Assembly (NCBI RefSeq): GCF_009914755.1
Contig: NC_060945.1
Length of the DNA stretch: 64,000 bases
Reading direction: 5' to 3' (one strand)
DNA from: the human T2T-CHM13v2.0 reference genome, Homo sapiens
The notes below the pieces were generated by a model. That model was given only the letters and a program-made list of their open reading frames with translations, made no database searches and had not been told where the DNA came from. Every line of letters starts with the position of its first letter. Position 1 is the stretch's first letter. This document shows, one piece after another, positions 55,073 through 64,000 of this stretch. The translations under genes and the position numbers were made by a program.

Positions 55073-55333
55073 TTTCTATGCACCAAATAAAATAGCAAAT
55101 TGTAAAAAGTTACATTGTACTAAAATTATAGCCACTTTTTGTTACATATAATCTTCAAAATATATGGAACATCCTAAAAAATCAGTTCTTGGCCAATAGG
55201 GAGGATTTTTAATTTCAGGTGTTGAACTGAGATTTTGAGCAAAGAACTATAAATCTAACAATGATCACTACTGTTATTACTGCTACTACCACAACTACAA
55301 CTAATTACAATGACTGCAACAAAATAACAAATA

Positions 55334-55668
55334 CAGTAGCCCTGCCTTATACACAGCTTCCAAGACCCCCAATGGATGCCTGAAACTTCGGATAGTACTG
55401 AATCCTTTATATGCTTTGTTTTTTTCTATACATCCACACCTGTGACAAAGTTTAATTTATAAAATTAGACATAGTAAGATATTAACAACAATAAATAATA
55501 ATAAAATAGAACAATTAAAACAATATACTGTATTCTGAGTTATGTGAATTTGGTCTCTCTCTCTCTAAACATCTTACTGTACTGCACTCATGTATTTTCA
55601 GACCATGGTTGATCAAGGAAAACTCAAACTGCAGAAAGTGGAGCTGCAGATAAGGGGGAAGAATGCTG
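55334..55668 (-). mobile_element. MER44A (Tigger7-derived) MITE inserted at the end of a MIR
   Basis: TA-flanked, CAGTAGCCCTGCCTTAT...CCAAGACCCCCAATGGATGCCTGAAAC...GATAAGGGGG. MIR-like sequence continues at 55671-55875. Confidence 0.9.
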
Positions 55669-56013
55669 TAAGAACAGAAGCCCACCTATGTGCCAGGTGC
55701 TGTGCTAAGTGCTTCATTGCAATGAGGCATTTCAACGTCTAAGTAATCCTATAAATTCTATTATTGTCCTCAATTAAATGTGATGAAGCCAGAGACATGG
55801 CCATGAGTAATTTAACCAAGATGAAAAAGCCACTCACCACTCAGGTCCATTGGACATGAAACTCAGCTCTTACTACCCTATAAAGCCCAGTGCTTCCATC
55901 TGCTCAGGGAAGTACACAATCATCATCATCATTAACGGTGCAGGGGTAACATCTGCTCATCTATGTTTTCTGATATGCTTAATTCCTTAGTCCCCTTAGA
56001 AACATCTCACATA

Positions 56014-56372
56014 TGTATTAGTCCATTTTCATACTCCTATGAAGAAATATCCAAGATTGGGTAATTTATAAAGGAAAGAGTTTTAATTGACTCAGTTCCA
56101 CATGGCTGGGGAGGCCTCACAATCATGGCAGAAGGCAAAGGAGGAGCAAAGGCATGTCTTACATGGCAGCAGGCAAGAGAAAGTGTGCAGGGGAACTTCC
56201 CTTTATAAAACTATCAGATCTCATTACACTTATTCACTATCACGAGAACAGCATGGGTAAACCTGCCCCCATGATTCAATTACCTCCCACTGGGTCCCTC
56301 TCACAACACGAGGGGATTATGGGAGCTCAATTCAAGATGAGATTTGGGTGGGGACACAGCCAGACCATATCA
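56014..56372 (-). mobile_element. THE1C/D-type MaLR solo LTR
   Basis: TGTATTAGTCCATTTTCATACT...GAGATTTGGGTGGGGACACAGCCAGACCATATCA. Confidence 0.95.
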
Positions 56373-57574
56373 CATGGGATTCTCCACATGGACTGACATG
56401 ATTTTTAAAAATCTGTCAGCAGTAAAAATGAATATCCTAGCAGTGAAGAAAAATAAGTTGTAAATATTTTGAATCTTATTTTCAGACATATGTGTGTGTA
56501 CATGCGTATGCATGTACGCACACACAAACTCACACACACAGCTAATGGTCTTTTGTGCCAGGTAAATGATAGCAACATGTATGAGATTTGTTTACCATGT
56601 CATTTATTTAATTAAACAAAACTAAATATTGTGCCACAATATTTTACCCCCAAACTCAGTCAGCTGTGACAGAAACTGCCTGCACCCAACATTAAGAAAC
56701 AAGAACGCCAGAAATGAGGCAGAGGAAGGTCAAACGCCATTTCTCTGGGAGTCCTTGTTCAAAGGCTGCTCCAGCCTCACAGCCCAGAGGCAGTTCCTTG
56801 TGCCCTGACTTAGGCTCCTTTTAGAAATCTATAGGCTCCTGTTAGAAAAGGAAATAGTCTCTTTCTAGATGTGGCTGTATACACAAAAGTTAAAGAATCA
56901 CTAACACATGAGATAAAGCATTTCCCAAAGCCTTTTAGGGAAGAGAGAGTATTGCTCTTTCCCTCCTGGTATTCTTCCCTTTAAAAATCTGAACTCAGTG
57001 TGAACAAATAACAGGTCAGAGACTGAGACAGTCTTGTTCATAGCCTCACACACATTAAGTTCTATGCATAACACATTGAAGCTATATTTTTGCAAATATC
57101 ATACTTCATTTTCTAGAAACTTGAAACATAGTCAAGAGGAATTTTTAATGTTTGTAGACATTACTTATCTCTCACGTACATTCTGTATTGAAACCTATCT
57201 TCATGTGACATATTTACATGCTACAATTTTGATGATAGAAATTTGACGCTGTTGCTACTGAAGGTTGTGAATGTAAGGCCTCGTGCTGGACTGTCATATT
57301 AAACAGCGATGTGCCACATGGTTTTGAGTGCAGAAAGTTTAAGTGACAGTAAAGAATGTACATTAGGAAGGCCATTATCACTGACACTTTGAATTTCACA
57401 TAACTGGACCTTAAAGATGATACTGGCTCAAGGTCAAAAGGCACTCTAAATATCAATATTTATATCTTTTCTCTGATGCAATCAGAAAACATTTTAGTCA
57501 ACCTACCAAAATTACTGATTTGGGAAAGAATTAACAATTTATTCTCATCTGGGAAAAAAACAACTCTTTTAGGC

Positions 57575-57700
57575 CATGCTTTTGCCCTCTGGGCCTAGGA
57601 TGCCCTACACCCTGAAATGCTGCAGCTAGAAGGCCCGCACCAGATGCGGCCCTTTGACCTTGGACTTCTCAGCCTCCAAAACTGTAAGTCAAATAAACTT
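57575..57700 (+). mobile_element. MST-type MaLR LTR fragment
   Basis: GAAGGCCCGCACCAGATGCGGCCCTTTGACCTTGGACTTCTCAGCCTCCAAAACTGTAAG. Confidence 0.7.
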
Positions 57701-57809
57701 GGGCATACACTTTTTAAAACCCACTATTTCAAAACTATTAAATTCATTTTTCCCCCAACAGAAGCTCCCTGCAGCAAAAGTCACTTCCTGTAGAAAGACC
57801 ACAAGAACA

Positions 57810-58154
57810 GGCCGGGTGCGGTAGCTCACGCCTGTAATCCCAGCACTTTGGGAGGCCGAAGCAGACAGATCACAAGGTCAGGAGATCGAGACCATCCCGG
57901 CTAACATGGTGAAACCCCGTCTCTACTAAGAATACAAAAAAATTAGCCAGGCATGGTGGCGGGTGCCTGTAGTCCCAGCTACTCGGGAGGCTGAGGGAGG
58001 AGAATGGCATGAACCCGGGAGGCAAAGCTTGCAGAGAATGGCGTGAACCCAGAAGGCAGAGCTTGCAGTGAGCCAAGATCATGCCACTGCACTCCAGCCT
58101 GGGCAACAGAGACAGAGCAAGACTCTGTCTCCAAAAAAAAAAAAAAAAAAAAAA
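57810..58154 (+). mobile_element. AluY with a 34-bp internal tandem duplication
   Basis: AluY diagnostics GAGATCGAGACCATCC and GAGAATGGCGTGAACCC..GAGCTTGCAG. The latter block is repeated at 58001 and 58035. Confidence 0.95.
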
Positions 58155-58633
58155 GCTCACAAGAGCAAAGGAAAGCCTTGCTCAGGAACAATGAAATGGA
58201 CTCAAATACCCAGCATTTTTCAGTATGAGTGGAAATGACCAAAAATAATCCAACAACACTACGAAAGTGTGATTTTCTTCTTCTGATTTTTAAAGTTCAT
58301 AATAAAGCCAGAACTATATTCAACTGTGGAAACAACAAATGATGAGACTAAATCTTGCCATCCTAACCCACATGCACTGCCTAGTTACTTCCTGAGCAGC
58401 TGCGTTTTGGCTCTCCATCCATAACAACCCGGAGTGGCAGACAGGACCCGTGTCACAGTTGAGTGAGGGACAGAGCAATTTATGAAGCTACAGCAAATGA
58501 AAGGCAGAGCTAGACCCGGAACACACGTGCACTGCTTATTGATCCAAAGTGGATCCTGTCACCCATAGAGGCGATTCGCCGTTCCCAGTTGAGTGTGAAA
58601 CCAGAAATCTCAGAAGTGTCTGAAGTCACTATA

Positions 58634-58647
58634 ATTACCATGGCAAC
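58634..58647. promoter_or_regulatory. RFX X-box-like motif
   Basis: ATTACCATGGCAAC is a 13/14 match to GTTRCCATGGYAAC. Confidence 0.4.
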
Positions 58648-61600
58648 ACCACTCCGGGGGGAAGAGCAAGTGCAGCCTCTCACCTCCTTGTGAGATTATT
58701 TCTCATTTATTTGTACATGAAAATGGCTCCATGTCACCTTTTTTGTGGCCATCCTTGCATAGAAATGAAGACCATTTCCAGTCTTTTTATTCACATAATT
58801 GCATTTCTTCCCTACATTTCATAATTTTAAAATATGACCACACTGAACAGTTCTAAACGTAGCTATTGTACACTTATGTAGTGTCAGAAGCACTTTTTCT
58901 AACATGTAGCTTTATGCCCTTATAGCTGTGGGAGAGTATAACTACATTGAAAACACGTGCCTAGCACCCAAAATAATAAAGCTAATGACTGTCTTTGTCA
59001 TCTGTAGATATTTCACACTGTTCTTTGCTCTCTGCCCCTTCTAGACTCAACTTTTTTATTTTTATTTTTTAATATAGAGAATTTTTCAGAATTTTTACTC
59101 ACTACAACATGGGTATACTTTGAAAACATTTTGTGTTTTAAAAATTGGACTAAAGGAAAAACTTTATTGGTTTTGAAAATCAAAACCAGAGAAATCACTA
59201 CATTTTCATACTCTCTGGAGACATTTCAAAAAGAATTAGAGCAAAAGGTAACACACATTCCCAGGAGGTGGACCCTGACAGCAGAGGGCAATAAATGTTT
59301 GATTCTAGAATTTTTGAGTCTCACTGTTTATTTTATATGGAAGCCCCCTATGTTTTCTCCCAAAGAATTTCAGCAAGACAATTTATAACTCTTAGCACAC
59401 TACCTCCACACTTTTAAAGGTGTAAAATAGAGAAGGTGGAATGAGGTGGCAGAATGTCTTGCTTCTATCAGATGTGTGCTTGAACATGAGGTGACAATAC
59501 ACTGAATGCTATCAGGGAGGCTAATGACACACAGCCCGCCTAATTGTGAAATTTTTATTAAGGTAGAGTTGTGGTGCTGTGGATGTAATTATTTTTTAAA
59601 GTATATTTGACTTGCTTTTTATATACTGATCATCTGTGTCAGTGAAAGATCTCACAAAATTTGATGACAAATTAGTTGTGACTAATATTTTAAAATGTCC
59701 CACGCAATTCTTCTGCATCTCTAGAAGATTAGAAACAGAAGAAATGTCATTTAATGGGAAAAGTAAACATGCAGGTGCATCTGCAGAAAAGCACAAACTC
59801 CTCATGATCTTGCAGGACTTACAAATTAGCAAATATCTATTTTAAAATTTCCAGAAGTCTTTCACCATTGTGAGATTTTACTTTCATTTCATGTCGAATC
59901 TATTTGAATAGTAAGGAGGAAAAAACAGCTACCTATTATGGATAAGTATGGTTTTAGGCATTTATGATATTACTGTGGGTTATTTTTAAGTGAAATCAAC
60001 TTAAACGGGCAATATATTTATTTAAGTTGGCTTGGTTTTAGTGTCACTGGCCAAACATTTCAACAGGAAATTACCATGGGAATTATATCTTTAATAGCTA
60101 TTTCTCCTAACAATATTATTGTGAGGATCAACAAGCCATGATGTTTTTGCCTGATTACACAATGATAATTTTTTTCTTTTTATTTTCCTGTATAACGGAG
60201 GCATGTTATAATTAAACATAAGTTAAAATTTCTTAAGCTGTTTGTTGGAAATTATTTATATATAATTCCTTTAACAACTATGAATACCCATTAATAAACC
60301 TAGATTACTATTTGTCCATTTCAAGCATCCTATCCCTGGAATAGATTAGTGTGCCTAGTTCTTCTCATTTTAACAATAGTACCCAGACGTGCGTGGGCTC
60401 CCTGGTACACACGTGTCTTTTGTGTGTTCCTAAAGTTTGCTGTGAATGCTTTCTATGACTATGGTTCTTTCCAATTTAAAATTTTAATAGAAAGTTAAAA
60501 CTCTAGATGTTTAATCACTTCTTTCCTTACCAAGGCTGAGGAAGTATTTTTAATTTTTCTGAGAGGTAAGCAATTTTAATCCTGACATTTTGGCTATTGG
60601 CCAATAATTACGAACTGTTAATTCTACGGGGCAGGATGTAGGTCCTCGGCAACAAAAGATGTTAGACAAGGTTCTTGCTTTCGAGAATGTCTCAACCCAC
60701 CCAAACTCATCTAATCTTCAGCAGGTTCCCCACCTATAAACAAAGTCCACATCCAAAGACTACGATTTATGGGTCTGTCCAGAGGCTTCCCGAATATTTC
60801 ACCGTCTCAAATATATTGTCCGGCAGAATTGTGAAAGGTGGAAGTGGGCAGAAATTGAGTAAGTGGGCATTAAATGCCCTATCCAGTTCATCCATCCATC
60901 CTATCTATACCTTAGCTTGTCTTTGACTTGACTGTTTACAACTCTGCAGAGATAGAGGTTAACTGATAGAAAACATAAAGCAATGAAAACACTTCCTGTC
61001 CATAGCAAGGCAAAGGACTCCTGTTCTCAGTGCTGCAAATACATTTTGCCCCATAGAAAACAAATCTCTGTGGATAGAATCTTCAATGGAACCAGTTGCA
61101 ACATCTTAGCAATTCCCTCATTCATGAATGAGTTAAATAAAATATTTGACTCAATGTTCATCTGCTATTTGTATGAAACTCATGATTTTATCACCTAAAA
61201 AAGAAACTCTTGGATAATGTTCATGGGTGGTTTTTTTTCCTCTGGTTCCTGCCACTGCGTCATCTCCTGAAGCTGCTGTTCTTTCTCCAGCTTGCATGAG
61301 GCCAAGCATAAAATGCAACTCTCTCTCCCTCATTCCCCAAAGTGCTGCTGACATAAGTCTGCTGTGGTTACCTGTTTTATACAGGGAGATGTAGGATGAG
61401 GACAATTGCCACACAGCGCAAAGACTGAAAAAATCCTAAAATCAAATGGTAGATGCTGTCATCTATAAGTTCTTGTCTATCCCTCCTGCAGAGAATGTTT
61501 TGGTGACGCCAACAGTCCCAGCCTGTAGCTTCCTGCTCTGTCATGGAGGTCACCTTTCTTTGCTCCTGCTCCTTCATTTCCACTCATCTGCATGTCCTTG

Positions 61601-61830
61601 AAGCTTCCTCCAGCAGCTTTTAGAGACGCTTCCAGAGTCTCATTATGTTATTATACAGAGGAATTGAAGAACTAGGTTTTAGTTCCTCCGCCTACATCAA
61701 TTTCTGGCCTCACTGACAACACAAGACTCACTGAGGTCCCTTGCTACTAAGCTCCCTGCTACCCCCTTTGCATCCACCCTCCAAAAATAAAACACAGTCA
61801 GCCACTCTACATATTTCAATATCACACTGA

Positions 61831-62143
<313 letters not shown>

Positions 62144-63031
62144 CACACTGACTTTCTACCAGACACAGAAGGAACTAATACAGAAGGCTAATCATCAGTA
62201 GTTTTTGAATCCACCAATAACAAATAAATAAATAAAATGTATTTAAGTTTAAATAATTTTATTTTATAAATTACATACTTAAATAGAACAATTTAGATGT
62301 TACTTACATGCATATGTTATTTCTATTTGTTATTTAACTTTAAAATATCTTAAACCTGTATACTTAAATTGTGTGTCAAATGTATATTTTATATTGTATG
62401 TTATTATATATTTATATACACACATATATACATACACATACATACACACTGACTTTTCACACATATACACACAGTCTGAAATTTACCTTTTGACTACCAA
62501 CACAATTATTACACCATTACTTTTATTAAATGTTTTTAAATAGGAGCCTCATTTAAATCTACTGCATATTCTTTTAACTTGCTTGTGTCTAAAAGTTTTT
62601 AAGGCAGCTTACAAAACTACGTACTATAAACTGAGGGCAGCAAAAATAAAGCCTGAGATATAGCTAATATTCAAATTACACATCAAAAGACCCTCCCTGA
62701 TTCCTAGAGGTCAGCCATAGATGGCTAACAGATCACCCAACTATAAGGAGAGACCCCTATCCACTCAGTTGCTAGTGAATATACAGTAACACAGTCAACA
62801 AAGCACATGAAATGCATTCACCAGGACTTGGGATAATCACCCGGCATGGTTTATCCTGGGCCTTTCTTTCCACTACTCTCTCTATGACTTTCAACTCACA
62901 GCCTTTATACTGGCTGGTCCTTCCCCTCTTGACTGTCCTTTTTCAGATGACTCCAGACTGTCCATCCTAGCCACCAACCATTGTAAACTCAGATCCTGGC
63001 ATGGAGTATTTACTCACCAATAAATGTCAAG

Positions 63032-63168
63032 TAAAAGAGGCAGGCAGGCAGGCAGGAAGGAAGGAAAGAAGAAAAAGAGAAAGAAAAGAGGAAAGGGAAG
63101 GAGAGAGGAGAGGAGAGGAGGGGATGGCAGGGGAGGGAGGGGGAAGGAGAAGGAAGGAATGAGAAGGC
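63032..63168. repeat. Polypurine (GA-rich) low-complexity tract
   Basis: (GGCA)n, (GGAA)n and (GGAGA)n runs plus G-runs. Confidence 0.9.
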
Positions 63169-63834
63169 CCTCAGGGGGTCTGGGGTTGTAGCATAAAAGG
63201 GCCCATAACTGTAAAAAATGATATTTTACAGTTCAGGTTTTAACCTTGAAGTGCACACAGACCTTAATACAGCACTGTTTAAGCATTAGGACTAAAGCTT
63301 GAATTTTCACGGGGTAAACTGATATTTGAAGAACCTATGCAATATTTCCTTTCTAGTTTCTAATGTTCCTTGAATGGCTCAAGCTTGAAACCACTGGGAT
63401 CAACATCTGTCATCAAACAGAGCTTGAAATCAGCTACCATCGGAGTTGACATTTGTAGGACACCTGCCCTCACCCTGGCCTCCGCTGAGCTCCTGCTTGG
63501 CTCCCTAGAGTACTTCTGCTCCTTCCTGGGTGCCAGTCCTGCTGGCATGGGGTCATCAGTGCCTGCCTTTAGCAACTCTGCTTGGTCTCACTTTCTGCTT
63601 CTAACAGTCTGGGAGCACCAGGTAAGCAGGTGGTAACAACAACATGCAGACTCAGAGAATAAGACCATGAGGAACTCCACATGTTTGAAGCAGGGTCTTT
63701 AGCACAAAGGTTTGATCCTTTAAATTTAACCTTTCATGGGCCTTTTATGTAATTCCTGGTTCTGACTTATCTATGGGTTCATGGAATAATCTCAGGGTGA
63801 GAAAGCACTTTCTCCCTCTCTCTATAACCTGTAA

Positions 63835-63906
63835 CTCTCTCTCTCTCTCTTTCTCTCCCTCTCTCTCTCTCTCTCTGTGTGTGTGCATGTGTGCGTGTGT
63901 GCGTGC

Positions 63907-63960
<54 letters not shown>
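63835..63960. repeat. Compound microsatellite (CT)n-(TG)n-(GA)n
   Basis: CT-rich 63835-63876, alternating TG/CG 63876-63929, (GA)n 63929-63960. Confidence 0.95.
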
Positions 63961-63963
<3 letters not shown>

Positions 63964-64000
63964 CCTGCTCACACGTAGAGGGTAAGCACTCCAGGTAGCT

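Overview
This window is primate genomic DNA (catarrhine, most likely human: AluJ/S/Y, L1PA, THE1, MLT2A and MER85 are present). It is moderately AT-rich and reads as intergenic or deep intronic. I recognise no protein-coding gene, tRNA, rRNA or snRNA. The ORFs in the track are Alu, L1, LTR or microsatellite read-throughs, or chance ORFs. About half the window is interspersed repeat: roughly 15 Alus, young and old L1 fragments, a HAL1-like segment, L2/MIR, MaLR/ERVL/ERV1 solo LTRs, and Tigger, hAT, mariner and piggyBac MITEs. Repeat family names come from recalled consensus sequences, not a database search, so subfamily labels are approximate. I found no convincing previously undescribed biological system. 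The best-supported observations are structural. (1) An old ~130-bp inverted duplication later split by an Alu (1388-1992). (2) Two 5'-inverted (twin-primed) L1PA insertions, one nested in an Alu linker. (3) A 19-bp minisatellite built from palindromic E-box units. (4) Several local tandem duplications (units of 34, 37, 49, 92, 201 and 552 bp). (5) A MER85 retaining the palindrome bound by CSB-PGBD3. (6) An MLT2A LTR with DUX4-like motifs and an internal splice donor. (7) A strong CTCF motif, RFX and TGACA motif clusters, and a few plus-strand exon-like segments that might belong to a lncRNA.
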